A stretch of DNA of 64,000 nt from Chrysomallon squamiferum. Its lineage: Eukaryota; Animalia; Mollusca. Shown here piece by piece: positions 1-13,600 of this stretch (the stretch's first letter is position 1; every line of letters begins with the position of its first letter). The stretch is from the NCBI GenBank assembly GCA_012295275.1, contig CM022670.1, positions 39,618,001 to 39,682,000 on the forward strand, read 5' to 3'. The notes under the pieces were generated by a model that was not told the DNA's origin, did no database searches, and saw only the letters and a program-made list of their open reading frames with translations. The position numbers and the translations under genes were made by a program.

Positions 1-583
1 ATTATGATCACTGACTGCACTTTATTTCAAACTACACGTCTAAACAGGTATTTAAAATATTAGGTAAAAAAACAAACAAATCCAAACTGACTGAAACTAA
101 ATTCGTAATTTAATGCACTTTTTTCATAAAATAAAACATGATATGTAATAAATAGTATAATAAACTTTGTACGTTACGGCGTATTGAGTTTGAAATAAAA
201 ATTAACACACATAATTAAATTTGGAATGAAAATAGACCATGTTTATTTTGAAATTACAGACAACACAAACACACAGTATTTGAAATAAACGTAAAAAATA
301 TACATTTTAAAATAATAAAAATAATTTTGAGACGTTATTTGATTAATCGCTTAAACAAGACAAATATCACCGTTTTAAAAATACACATCTTGGCAATGAG
401 CATTTCCTTCAACTAAAAGTTTTTATTCTTTCCTTTCCTTTTCTTTTTTCTTTTTCTTTTTCTTTCTTTAACTTTGTCCTTCTTTCTTTCCTTCTTTCTT
501 ATTATTTCTTTCTTTCTTTCTTTTTTTTTTTTCTTTTTTTCTTAATGATTTAATTAATTTAATTAATAAAGCACAGGTCGAGT

Positions 584-1030
584 TTACGAATGCTGATCGT
601 CAGGTATGAATGATTTTAAAACGATCGCGTCACCAGCAGAAGGCAACTGACTGATAAGTCTTGACGAAACGTTTCCGTTCAGCTGGATGCTGCCAGCGCT
701 CGTCCTGTGGATGTAGCTCATGCTCGGGCGCGACACGGCGGAGTTAGCTCCCTTAGTGGGCGGCTCGCACAAGCAGTGCAAACAGAACGCACAACATGAG
801 TCGTTATCAAATCGTTTGACTTGAGTGAGGTCAATGGCGTTCTCTTCGTTTTCAATCCGCAGTAGGAATTTGATGGCGTAGACGACTTTCCAGATTAGCT
901 CTCGACGGAAAAGGATGTAAACCCACGGGTCTAGAATTTGATTGAAAGACGCCAAGCGAACCATGAGCAGGATGGTTTTCTTCGTGTTGAATAATTTAAC
1001 AAGGCTCGTCTGACACAAGAATACGTAAAT
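584..1030 (-). CDS. PTGER4-like: Prostanoid receptor gene A, coding exon 2: ECL3, TM7 and C-terminal tail
   Basis: Acceptor ttctattttcag|ATTTACGTA (AG at 1032-1031), in frame with ORF 584..1018. Encodes IYVFLCQ...VRLASFNQILDPWVYILFRR, the prostanoid TM7 Arg and DPWxY motif. Stop TAA at 586-584. Phase-0 join to exon 1 gives about 432 aa, with a 7912-bp intron. Confidence 0.92.
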   Translation of the reverse strand: MYVFLCQTSLVKLFNTKKTILLMVRLASFNQILDPWVYILFRRELIWKVVYAIKFLLRIENEENAIDLTQVKRFDNDSCCAFCLHCLCEPPTKGANSAVSRPSMSYIHRTSAGSIQLNGNVSSRLISQLPSAGDAIVLKSFIPDDQHS

Positions 1031-2287
1031 CTGAAAATAGAAAAAAAAAGTAAAGCCTGTAACGAAGAAAATGTCAGATTTAATTTACGTCTGATACCTC
1101 GGCTTAATTGCAGAAGAATTCAGCAAGAAGCAACAGCAACAACAACAACAATAATAATAACAACAACATCAACTACGACAATAATAATAACAACAACTAC
1201 ATCATCATCAACAATAATAATATTAACGGCAATAAAAGCAACAACAATAAGACGAATTTAGATACAATTAATTTTTGAAACTATCTTTCTCATAAACACA
1301 TGGACACAGGCACACACACATACATAAAAGAAAGAACTGAAACACGTATAGAACACACACACACACACACATACAAATGTTCTCCAAAAATGGAAAAACG
1401 GATCTAGAAATAAACAAACAACGATTCTAGTAGTTACACTTCTCTGCAACTCTCCATTTGCTGAATGGAATGTTTTATTGAGAAACCACGATAAAACATA
1501 ACGAGCAGAGTTTGTCTCGTCTTTCTCGAGGCTAATAAAAACCAGTTTCAGACTTAACGCGTTTGATTTATAAGGTGACATTAAACATCGATTGCTCCTA
1601 GTTCTAACATCGTCATCAGGTTTTGACGATAATGAAAAACCGGATCAGTTTTTTTTTGCAATAACAGGAACACGACCATATCAGACATCTATTATTTTTC
1701 TCTCTATTCCCATCTTTTTTTTTTTTTAAATGTCTGTCTCTGTACATACATATATCCATAAATATACAACGCACGAACGTAAGTGCATCCAAACATACGG
1801 AATGGATTCCGGTTAATTGGATTAATTGGTAAATTGGGTTTCACAGTGGAGGATATAAAAAAAAAAAAAAGCAAAGTGTTTACGCTTTTCTATCTGTATC
1901 TATTACCACTGTTGTGAATTAATGCCTAACTGAATGTCTGCAGACGAAAAAAAAAAAATCCACCCTACAGTACGTTAATCTCACATATTTGGCAATAATA
2001 TTCAGAAGCGCCATCTAGCAGTCACTTCTGAACATGAAGGTATTCATTACTGGTTGAAATGGCGATGACTTACAGCAATTAACGACCAAGATTTCGTCTG
2101 ACATTTTTCTCGACTGCTTGAGTTAATACTGCGTTAAAAACGATCACCCTCGACTAAATTACAGTTCATACGTAACTTACAGACACAGCGCTCACGTGAT
2201 GCAAGAGTCGTAATGATTTTCAAGTGTCAGTTTTATCTAAGGTGCTAAATCTATGACATATGTTCCTTCCACTTTATAGCTGGGTTT

Positions 2288-2291
<4 letters not shown>

Positions 2292-2375
<84 letters not shown>
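2292..2375. repeat. (GT)n microsatellite
   Basis: GT run. Others at about 39449-39516, 44346-44398, 60953-61036 and 61140-61240. Confidence 0.98.
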
Positions 2376-2377
<2 letters not shown>

Positions 2378-2569
2378 TTTGAAAAGAGGAGAAAATTGGA
2401 TTTTATGGCAGCTTAAACCACTTTAAGTCTCTTTTACTACTAAAAATATTACGTCTGAGAATGTTTTTTTTTTTTTTACGTTGTAGGTAATATTTTGGAG
2501 ATTAATTCTGGCGTGACGTCATTTGAAGGAGCAGAAAGTCAAATTCAAGGTAACATAAAATGTGAAAAG

Positions 2570-2838
2570 GTTACCACATTTTTCTGTTACTTATTAAGGA
2601 AATTATAAAAGACTTGGAATCCTTATAAAATTAGCTTTCCAATGATACCAGTTTATCAGGGCGTAAAAAGGGGCGGTAACGTTCACACCCATTTTTTTGG
2701 TAAAAATCCTAAATTTGAGGGGCTACATCTCCAAAGCTACTTATCCGATAGAACTTTTATTTAAGATTTGGACTAAATTTGTGGAAAATCGAAGATGGTG
2801 AAGTTGAACCCATTGGGTGATTTGACGTGGAATGACCC
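2570..2838 (-). mobile_element. Non-autonomous DNA transposon fragment (one terminus, possibly Zator-like)
   Basis: Ends in GATTTGACGTGGAATGACCC (GGGTCATTCCACGTCAAATC on -), a TIR-like GG terminus. Contains AGCTTTCCAATGATACC, a motif type seen in invertebrate MITEs. Superfamily assignment is tentative. Confidence 0.4.
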
Positions 2839-3263
2839 TCTTGTCTCATTCATTCGTACAAACAACTTGTAACTGTAGACAAATTCCTGTCGCATTATTT
2901 CTTGAACAAAATGTACTGTATCACAGTTCAGAATCAGAAAAATACCAAAATTTGTCCAGTTATTTCAGTCATTGGTATGGATTTTGCATTAAGAGGAATT
3001 GCAAACGGGAATCTCCTGATTATCTCTGTTTTATAACCTGGTCTTTTTCCTGTGTTCATGTTATGATTTAGTGTAACTGTGAGTCTTAAATCACTGAAGT
3101 CTCTCGTTAATATGATCTTATAAAACTGTTGTAAATGCTCCCAAGTCAATGCAGTTAGGAGAGCTAAGACGTCAACTTTTGACCTGTGATATTTGATTTT
3201 CATCCTAAGACAAGACATGGATGGTAAACTTTGTTGTGTATCTGTTCTGTTGTTCTTATTTGT

Positions 3264-3422
<159 letters not shown>

Positions 3423-4133
3423 CAAATAGAACAAATTTAATTCTTACTATTTTTACTCGGATCACTTAAAATAGCGTTAAATCTAAGAGCAGCGGTCTAA
3501 TTGGAATTGCCTAACCACGGCATATAAACCAGCAAGCAGAATTAGAGAGCATTTCGGAAAATTCTGGAACGATTAAGTCTTAATTCTTTCAACAGATTCG
3601 AGGAAGCTTCAAAGGCAAAACGTAAAGTAATTATTATTTACTTGAATATAAAAAAACCTGTTAGAGTGGTGATTAAGATGTTGATAATAGAACTGCAAAG
3701 AAAAGAAATTACATCTCAGAAAGCGTTTTCTACTCCGTTATTTGCCGAGGTACAAAAACACACACATGTCTCTTTGGCCACGTGATAGAATAGGTCCAAT
3801 AGAGGAACTTGACTTTTAATAGTATATACGCATGAATAAAGATTAGTTGAATGGTTAATTATTTTGTTGATTAACACTACTACTAATAATAATAATATAA
3901 TCAGTACAGCCAGAACGTCAGTCAGTAAGGACGACAACAAACAACAATGATTATAATAAAAATAAGAAGTAGAAGAAGAAAGACGAAAAAGATGGAGAAC
4001 AACAAAAAGGGGAAAAGGAAAGAAGAAAAAAATGTTTTATTTAATGATACAAGAAGAAGAAGAGGAATTTGAAACGATTTCAGCAATACCTGATATAAAC
4101 ACAGTCTTCTAACAGCTGGCACGAAATTCTTTC

Positions 4134-4171
<38 letters not shown>

Positions 4172-5177
4172 TCTTTAACAATCTAAAAACTTCAGAACGT
4201 CTTATGTCACAATCCTGCATTCGAGAACGATGCTTTCTGTAAAGAACATGACTTTGTGCAGGAACGGATCAGAGTAAACAGAAACTGGGTCTTTGTCCTC
4301 AACGCGTCTTATTTAAAAACAAACAACTGTCAAAGCCGATTACCTCATACATTCGTCATAAATACTGTTAATCTTGTGTACAGCAGACTTGGCGTTTTTG
4401 TCCTTGTTGGTGTCTTAATACGTTAGTTTATCTCTGAAATTTTTCATTTTTGGAGAAATTTCTTTATCATACAGACGAGCCTATCTACCACCTTAGTTAC
4501 AGATTAAAATAAACACATGCTTACAAACATACATGCATATATACACACACACACACACACACAAACATATATATATACAATACAAAACATTACATACCTA
4601 CGTAAATATATACGTACATACATACATGCATTACACACAAACATACATACACCCATACGTACATTCACGCATACATACATACACTGCAAATGGAATTCTT
4701 ATGCCATTGCCTTTCAAAAAAGATTATCGGGTGGTTGGAACGAGAAAAAGCCCAGTGTGCGCACCTAACGCTCTGTCTGATTAATTACATACAGTTAGAC
4801 TGTACTTTTTAACCTTCGTGCCAGAAAGCAAGACACCTGTAGTTTATTTACTGCTTCGACATTTTCTGGTTCAAGTGAACTCCAAGGTGAAGCAGGCTTT
4901 CTTGGAGTATATTAGTTAGATTTCTTTTCATCTTCGATGGATAAATTGTCTGGCTTTACGCTTGATGAAATACATAACCGTTTTAAAACATTAAAATCTG
5001 CGTTAATTCAAATAATCAACTCTACAAAAGCTTTTAATTGTTCTAAATAAAGATAAAAAGAAAACCAATGGAATTAAAAGAAGAGAGAAATAAAAAACAG
5101 AAAGACCCATTGAAAGAGAGAGAGAGAAAAAAATGGGCAGATTGAGATTGAGAATGCTATTCATTGTTATGTTCACA

Positions 5178-5180
<3 letters not shown>

Positions 5181-5263
<83 letters not shown>
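5181..5263. repeat. (CT)n microsatellite
   Basis: Perfect CT run. Others at about 15947-16059 and 32024-32135. Confidence 0.98.
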
Positions 5264-5268
<5 letters not shown>

Positions 5269-6181
5269 AGGCACGAATTACAAAAACATAATTTTTAATT
5301 TATAACGTCTTTGAACATCCAAAAAAAAAAAAAAAAAACAGCTGCAGAAACACTAAAACAATAAATTAAAAAACACATTTCGTTCGTGTTAAAATAAGTG
5401 GAAACTGTTACATGTTTGTCTATAAACATCAGAGAAATATGCCGATACACATTACCTTCGTGTAGCAAAAATACCTGTTTACAAACACGTGACAGGTGCG
5501 CTATTGTTAAAACTGAGGGATAGGCACTAAATACAGTCTATCAGGTTTCTGATGAGAAATAGTACGAAAGTGTAACATGATTAATAGTGGAATTCAATTA
5601 CCTGTTTCCTAAACTGTAACAGTTTTTGATATTTTTAGACCAAATATGTTTTTTTGTTCCGCAACAGATACAAGAAATTGGATACTAAGATGTTTTTTTT
5701 TCCTACTTTTTTTTTTTTTTTTCTTTTCATTTCCTTCTTTATTTATTTAGTTTTAGTTTGTTTGTTTGTTTTTTATTTATTTTATATTTTTGTTTTGTTT
5801 TTGTGTGTGTGTGTGTGTGTGTTTCTGTGTGTACATATATATATATAAAATAAACAAAAAATACAACTATATAATATATTATTATCATCATCATCATCGT
5901 CGTCGTCGTCATCATCACTACTATTGTATTTGTTATATGAACGTCGCTTTGAGTTGAAAAATATTTGTATTTTTTTCATTTTATTTTTTTCAAAATATTT
6001 TTAAACAATCTTTTTCTGAACAAAACAATCACTGATATATTTATTTACAAATACAAGCCGCCATTTAAAAAAAAATAATTTGAATCCTACCTGAAACACT
6101 ATTTAAAAAAAAAAAAAAAAATTAGACTGAGACGTTGTCATATGAAAATACAACTGAATTCGAGACTATATTTCACCAGAA

Positions 6182-6191
6182 AATAAATACA

Positions 6192-6231
<40 letters not shown>

Positions 6232-6254
6232 AAATAAATAAATAAATGACTGAA

Positions 6255-6309
<55 letters not shown>

Positions 6310-6318
6310 ATGACTGAA

Positions 6319-6365
<47 letters not shown>

Positions 6366-6367
6366 AT
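6182..6367. repeat. (AAAT)n microsatellite
   Basis: AAAT tandem with two TGACTG interruptions. Confidence 0.97.
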
Positions 6368-7301
6368 AGATAAAAAATATATCAAACAGGACAATCTTAA
6401 TTTGATCGTCTTTTATATCCATCCATTTATCTGATTCTCAGGAGGGGTGACGTTCTCTCCAAAGCGGAGATAACTCTGTGGGTTACTGTGTAAAAAGTTT
6501 ATTGGTCGTAGCCGCTTCAAACGATAGTAATGGTAAAGAGATAAAGAACAAGAACCTCGTTGTGATGTGTTACAATAAAATGCCCCACTAATTTCTACAT
6601 CAGTAGACTCTGCTTTGCATGACTGTGGTAAAGAGACTATGCTGTACAGTTTTACTCTGCTGTTCATTCTGGTTAAGAGTTCTGTTCTGAGATGCAGTCA
6701 GTCAAAAGAACAGTCTTAATTTGAAAGTGCAGTCAGTGTTATTAATTTTCATCTAGTGGACAGACACATGCTAACAAAGGGTCTATTGTACAGTGCTGCA
6801 TTTGGAAAATGGGAACGAAAGACCAACCGCTAGTAATGGAAGAGTGTAGTGGATTTGTTTGAAAAAACGAAATGTTTGATTTCCAACAGCCGCTGTTAGA
6901 AAATTAACAGCTGTAAATAGTGTTTAAAAAAAAAAAAAATGAAAAATTCAAACCTGTAATACGTGCTTGAATATGTGTACATTCTGATATGTGTGTGCGT
7001 GTACGCATGCGCTGTTATATTTCTTGTGGTATATGCATGCATATGTCTATGTTCATGTATTTATATATTAATTATTGGTTACGTGTTATCAGATACAAAA
7101 ATACGAAACTACGTTATCGTTAATATGAGTGAGATGAATTTCATTTACAATGCAGTGTTTTAGTGATCGAGGAAATGGGTAATTTCATCTCAGTTTTGTA
7201 ATAATCGATATGTTTCTCAGTATTAACCTTATAATTATATAATTAGTTGTCTAATGGGGATATCGGGTCATTCATTGTTATTTTTATTATAATGCAACTA
7301 C

Positions 7302-7341
<40 letters not shown>

Positions 7342-7789
7342 TTATAATAGCTTATGTTTTTCCGTGGCTGTTATGATTTGGTTGTTTCCACCAAGTCTAG
7401 TGATAACGACCGTGACGATAACGCTATTGAAAATGACGTCGATGATGTTTAAATTGAAGACGACGATGATGATGGTGCTTTTGGTGACTGTGATGACGAG
7501 GTAATTGTCGTGGACTCTAAACAAGTCTCTTCTGCAAATGACTGTTACAAAGTTGTCACTGGGGAGAAATGATAACGATTCTAATGGTGCCGTTATGGTA
7601 TCTGTCTCATCCTACTCACTGACTGTTTAATAACACTGTCAGATACAATCTGAGTTAATGACATAACTGTGACCGTATAAATACAAAAATAGCTCACTGA
7701 CACACAAGTGTTATCGATCACTGTATTCTTTAAAAACTGGGTTCGAATCCTAGTAGTAGCAGTATGTGATTTTTAAAAAAACAGTTGTT

Positions 7790-8396
7790 TGAAAATATCA
7801 CGGTTAATATTTCAGTTTTTCAATTTGTATTAAGCAAATTAATAATGACATAGATGTAACAAATACAATAGTAGTGATGATGAGATGATGATGATGATAG
7901 TATTTTGTATTTGAAAATGTCTCGGTTAATACTTGTCGTATTTCATGATGTATTAATAAAATTAATAATGACAAATACAATAGTAGTGATGATGACGATG
8001 ATGACGATGATAATAGTAGTGTTTTTCATTTGAAAATATCTTGGTTATTATTTCACTTTGTACAAATAAATTAATAATGACATACCTGTAATAAATCCAA
8101 TAGTAGTGATGATGATGATAGTATTTTATATTATAAAATGTCTCGGTTAATACTTGTGGTATTAATAAAATTAATAATGACATACCTGTAACAAATCCAA
8201 TAGTAGTGATGATGATGATAGTATTTTATATTATAAAATGTCTCGGTTAATACTTGTGGTATTAATAAAATTAATAATGACATACCTGTAACAAATCCAA
8301 TAGTAGTGATGATGATGATAGTATTTTGTATTATAAAATGTCTCGGTTAATACTTGTCGTATTTCACGATGTATTAATAAAATTAATAATGACATA
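7790..8396. repeat. About 100-bp tandem repeat (5-6 copies) in gene A intron
   Basis: TTAATAATGACA recurs at 7839, 7962, 8071, 8171, 8271 and 8383. Units contain AACAAAT(A/C)CAATAGTAGTGATGATG and AAAATGTCTCGGTTAATACTTGT. Confidence 0.9.
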
Positions 8397-8719
8397 ACAA
8401 TTATTTTGCCTAGAGCCAGTTACAGCCGCTGGAATGAGGTAAGATAATATTATAAATCTTGTTTTTTTACTGTTTTATTAGCAATATTTGTTTTATTGTT
8501 GTAACTGTTGTACAAATTACATTTAGAATAAATGTATGATATACTTCTTCTTTTTTACTTTTTTTTAAAAAAAGAAGGAAAGAAAAATTTCTATTTGGAA
8601 GAATATATCAGTATTCATCCGTGACGCCAGTTCTTGTATATATGCAGAAAATCTTTTTCTTATTTAAAAACACGTTACAAAAAACAAATAAATAATAAAT
8701 AAAAAAATTAATAATAATG

Positions 8720-8855
8720 GGGTGGTTTTGGGGTCTGGAACGGATTAATAGTATTTCAATTAACTTCAGTTGGAAAAATTGATTTGATATACGAGCAAAT
8801 TGAATTACGAGCTCGGTCGCGGAACGAATTAAACTCGTAAGTTGAGGAACCACTG
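8720..8855 (-). mobile_element. Tigger/pogo-like DNA transposon terminal fragment in gene A intron
   Basis: The - strand reads CAGTGGTTCCTCAACTTACGAGTTTAATTCGTTCCGCGACCGAGCTCGTA..., resembling CAGTGGTACCTCGACTTACGA-type pogo/Tigger termini. No second TIR found. Confidence 0.55.
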
Positions 8856-8942
8856 TGTATGTGTATATATATATAACTTTACAAATACTCATTACAAATA
8901 TCGTAAACGTGTAAAACGTCCTCCAGGACGCGCGTCACCTAC

Positions 8943-9794
8943 CATGAGAGGCGAGTAGCAGCAGGTGAAGACGACTGTAATCCCAATGAGCAGGACGACC
9001 ATCTGCATCTCCGCGTAGCGCTTGTTGTTGCTCCTCGAGTTCCTCACCGCCCCGTTCGAGGCGTTCAGCGAGTCCTGCTTCCTCCTCAGCAGGATCAGAG
9101 TGTACGTCACGACGAGGTTGCAGCACAACGTCACGCTAATAACAACGATGGCTATGGCCGCGTACAGACTGTTGAACGCCATGTCGAGCGGCTTTCTGCT
9201 CGTGTAGTCGAAAAAGCACCACGTGTCGGGAGCCTGCTTCGTGTTGCTGCCGAACCCCACCAACGGCAGCGACGCCATTATTAACGAGATCGCCCACGAG
9301 CCTATGAGGCTGATGACGGCGTAGGTGGCGGTGAGGCGGGTGTGGTAGAGGTACGGGTGGCGGACGCAGATGAAGCGCTCCACGGACATGGCGCACACGA
9401 TGAACATGGTGGTGAAGCTGGCGAATATCATCATGAACGAGAAGTAGTCGCACAGTCGGTCCCCGCCCACCCAGTTCATGTCGTTCACGTAGACGGAGAT
9501 GACCACCGGCGACGTGCACACCGTGCCCAGCAGGTCCGAGATGGCGAGTCCGGCCACCAGTTTGTAGAACAGAGTCCGTCTCTGCTCGCGCGCCGACAGA
9601 GCCAGGACTGTCAGCGCCAGGAGGTTTCCGAAAACACCCGAACCGAACATGAGACACGGGACCAGAACCGAGTATTTCTTTCGGCTGAATCCACTGACGT
9701 TGGCAGATGGTGAGGACAGATTCTTAAACTCGCTGGCGTTGGAAAAATAGAAGAGATCTTCTGTCACAAAATACTGAACAGTCGAAACCATCAT
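8943..9794 (-). CDS. PTGER4-like: Prostanoid receptor gene A (EP4-like class A GPCR), coding exon 1: N-terminus to end of TM6
   Basis: ORF 8892..9830(-), first in-frame ATG at 9794 (MMVSTVQYF). N-glycosylation sequons NAS/NLS/NVS, TM1 MFGSGVFGNLLAL, TM2 FYKLVAGLAISDLLGT..SPVVISVY, ECL1 WVGGDRLC, TM3 CAMSVERF, ECL2 QAPDTWCF and TM6 AEMQMVVLL..CYSPLM all align by eye with vertebrate EP4. Donor ATG|GTAGGT at 8942. Strongly GC-rich against AT-rich flanks. Subtype orthology not established. Confidence 0.93.
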
Positions 9795-10186
9795 CCTTAA
9801 CAAAAACACAGGAAAGATGTAATACTTCAAGAACTAAGAAAGCAACATCTTTGAATATTTGAAGTTCACGTCACATGTTGAACAGAAACGAACTAAAACT
9901 CTTAAAGTCGACATCACCGTCTTCTCAGTATAATCCTTCGCTACTGGATCAATTGTTGACCTTCACGGGAACAATTAAATCAGAGCGTTTGGAACTTGAG
10001 TTATTTTTATCGTTTATAACAAAACACCGAGCAGTTTTGTGGCAGGAAAGCATCTGTATTGTAAAATGGTTTCATAATTAGTCAACGCTTCAGTCGCATA
10101 AATCAGACAGTCTCAGACGAACCCTGCGGCTTTCATCAAAGCAGACGTCTAATTAGTACACGTGCAGGATCATTAAGTATTCTTGT
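9795..10186 (-). other. Probable 5'UTR portion of gene A coding exon 1 (spliced leader)
   Basis: Long polypyrimidine tract plus CAG on the - strand (AG at 10188-10187). Weaker alternative acceptors exist at about 9834 (TTCTTAG) and 9796 (TTGTTAAG). Confidence 0.5.
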
Positions 10187-10490
10187 CTGAAAAAAAATAA
10201 GAAAAAAAAAATAGAAAGAAAACATTTTGAAAATTAAAACATTATGTGGACGTATCAAAGAAGGTAGTGACAGAAGCAGAAAGAAAGAAGTCAAGTCAGA
10301 TATAAACCAGTGATATTTTTATTTATTTCTCTATTCATTTTTTTATTTTTTCTTATCATAATTTATTATTGTTATCACTGTTATTATTACAGTTTGATCA
10401 ACACATTTTGCTATCCCAAATTAATTCTTTTATTTTAATTAAATTTGATGGCATTGAAATAGAAATAAAATTACACAAACTCACACCTAC

Positions 10491-10612
10491 ACATATACAT
10501 ACATACGTACATACATACATACATACATATGTATATACATATATACATACATACATAAATACATATATACATACATACACACATATACATACATACACAC
10601 ACACATATACAC

Positions 10613-10647
<35 letters not shown>

Positions 10648-10690
10648 CACACACACATACATATTTAATATACACACATATGCATACATA
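10491..10690. repeat. (ACAT)n/(AC)n compound microsatellite
   Basis: Degenerate ACAT arrays. Similar at about 14177-14250, 17134-17400, 22630-22810, 26490-26870 and 38120-38400. Confidence 0.93.
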
Positions 10691-13600
10691 TATTCGTCTA
10701 ACAATAAACCAATAAACGAAACACGTGCGTAAGCAGTTATTCGTATGAGATGTAAATTTGCATATCCACATATATATTATATACATTATATATAATATAT
10801 ATATTATACACACAAGCATAGCTGTATGTAAAACATTTACGTTTCAGTAAATGTACGTCGTATAAGTTATTATAACCCAGCTGTAGGAGAGAACGAATCA
10901 TTCAACACGAGCAAGAACTTCAAACATCAGAGGTGAACACTTTGAAAACGTCAGGTCGATGAATGGAAGTGCTAATCCGTCTGTAAACTCACCCAGTTAG
11001 TGAAATGTACACAGCGTGCACGTGCCAGCAGGAAGTTCGCTAACCAAACGATACTGCAACACCGCGGTAATTCAGGTTAACAAAATAAAACTAACGAACG
11101 CGTTCCACTCGATGCAAAAAGCTCGCCGTTATAAAGAAAAGTTAATGTTGAATAATATTCATTGGCCTGACATAATGCAATCAGTCTGACACACCTCTGG
11201 GCTCAAGCACATCTTCCATGGGCACATTGACGTTAGATGACGTAATATTATACAGACTTCTTAAGAACGTTCAAGGCCGCATTGTACAGACTGTACGACA
11301 GCATTACTGCACTGTTACCACTTTGAAGATCCTCATACATTTGTATTAAGTATCTAACAAACTTGTTAAATTAAAGCAATGTTTAATACTTACTTTTTAT
11401 TAATATATTATGTATATATACAGCATTGACTGTCCAACCAATGAGAACATAAACAAAATAATTTATAGTTGTTGACGAACAGTTTTGAACTAATCTTATA
11501 AATGTCTTGCGAGAGACAACGTAAAAATACTAAGACTCTTCAAAATATTTAAATAACTGTTGATGGACAACATATCTTTTAAACATATATTAAATTATGT
11601 CATAACCAAATCCTTTAAATAAAAGGATTTAGTCCGGTTTAAGCATTCGTGCGTTTACTGATCATTTTAGACAACAACAAAATGAAAATATATTAACAGA
11701 TAAAAAAATAGATAATCATAGTTACAAACTATGTGTATCCGTGTGTTTTGTTATAGACGTATAAACAAAGCTAATCAAACAGTGATTTATAAAATCGTTA
11801 ATGAATACAAATGAGAAGCATTTGTTTTTCGTCTAAACTGACATGTCTTCGTGATCAAGAGTATATCGAGGTTTTGTTTACGCAAGACGTTAATTACTAA
11901 TTTTGCAAACAGAAACTGGAAATTTAACTTCATTTTTTATTACATATCTGTCTAATATCGAGTGATATTAACTGCAGATATTAACGAACCGCATTTGTTA
12001 GTTATTTGTTAACTTGTTGCAGTGAGTTTTTTCTGTGCATCGCATTCTCTTTTACCACTTTCACTGACCTTAATGCATCATTCCTTGTTACTGGTGTGAT
12101 GTACGTATGTATTATAAATTAAGAAAAACAATTTTATTTTCACATCTGTATGCTTTTGTAGTTCCAAGTTAAGCAATGCAAACATCACTCTGTTTGAACG
12201 AAAGCTACCAAAAACATCATAATAATTTAATTATTAGATGGCAGGATTTATGATGCGATACACGTAAACGTTATATTATTGTCTGCTTGGAGTCACCCAT
12301 CCGAATCAATACACACACGATTATATAGGTGATGTGTATCATTAATAAAGTTTTTGTAACAGAGCTTAGATTCACATTAAGTCCAAGCTTCACTTAATCG
12401 TCATAGCAATAACAAATTCGTTGAATATAAAAAGGTTACACATAACTGAAATTGTTTAGAAAGAAAAGAAAACCTAACAAAAAGGTTTCACTTTCATTTC
12501 ACGTCTGTTTTGATCTTGAAACAAGCTGTAGTTGATACCTAAGTGAACAGAGCAGTTTTTTACAACTAAGAATTTTAAATAACTCTTTGTTTGTATGATT
12601 TCATTAGCGAGCCATTGTAAAATAATAAATCAAAATGAAAACTAAACTGAAGAAAACGATATTGATTATTCAACTTGCACTAACAAGTTAGTTTTCTAAA
12701 TTTCACTATCTTATTAGTGACCTCACGAATGAATTTTAAAACTGAGTTATAAACGTATTCATCTTGATGAGTTCTTTGTGAAAGATTCAATGATGAAAAT
12801 TACGACAAAAGTTCCAGATATTAATCAAATTTACTTGTAATGTTCTTGACTGATTGTGTTTCCATTATAGATTTACTAACTACACTGACTGTGCGAATGA
12901 AGTAATCACCCATTCTGAACTCGAGTTTTACAATAAAAAGAAGAAAAAAATATATATTACATACATGTTAACAAAAATCATTAGCTTCTGCTAACAAACG
13001 TAAATTGTAAAATGTCACATGGAGTGGGTACGAAATTTGCCGAGAACAAACATGATAAAGATTTTCCTCGACATAACGTTAGCAGTGACGTACATTTCTA
13101 AACTAGCGATATGTAGGCTAATCCTAATTGTAAAATAAATCGTTAGATCTAAGGTCTTGAGATGGTTGATTTATAATATCCATATTTGTATATCTGGATG
13201 TTAAAGAGTGTACAAAGCGTGCATATATTATACGTTTGTTTGTGTCTGCTTCGAGGTGCGTGATGTAATCTGCTGTGAATTAGCAGAAAAAAGGTCAAGC
13301 GAAGGTTTGAATTGAGCTGAAGGAGTGGATTAAAAAAACTTTTATATTCCACTTAAATATGTCATCATTCAAGTAGTTAATCGTGTTGGCAGACCCAGAC
13401 CGCCGATCCTGTCTAACATTAAATCAACGTGAAACGTCCCTTCGAGGGAAATTATCTAACATGACGTCACAAGTAACTCTTCGGGCTCGGAAATGAAATA
13501 ACATTAGGCGAAAGGTAGTTCGTCTTGTGAGGAAATGAAAGTGTGTTCAGACAAACAACAGGAACAACATGAACGCAGTTAGCGAGGACATAATGTAGGC

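Noticed and set aside
6413-6667. 84-aa - strand ORF with faint Ig-like words (SGAFYC, GENVT)
   Set aside because: No conserved Trp/Cys spacing, no clear splice signals, and adjacent frames are closed. Likely chance.
9022-9713. Overlapping antisense or alternative-frame ORFs in gene A exon 1, and likewise 56735..57505 and 57315..57790 in gene B
   Set aside because: Expected by-product of high GC3 codon usage (few off-frame stops). No recognisable protein features.
9797-9830. ORF-track start at TTG 9830 for gene A (also TTG starts at 1018 and 59148)
   Set aside because: Eukaryotic spliced genes: the first ATG is at 9794 and the second exons begin at splice acceptors.
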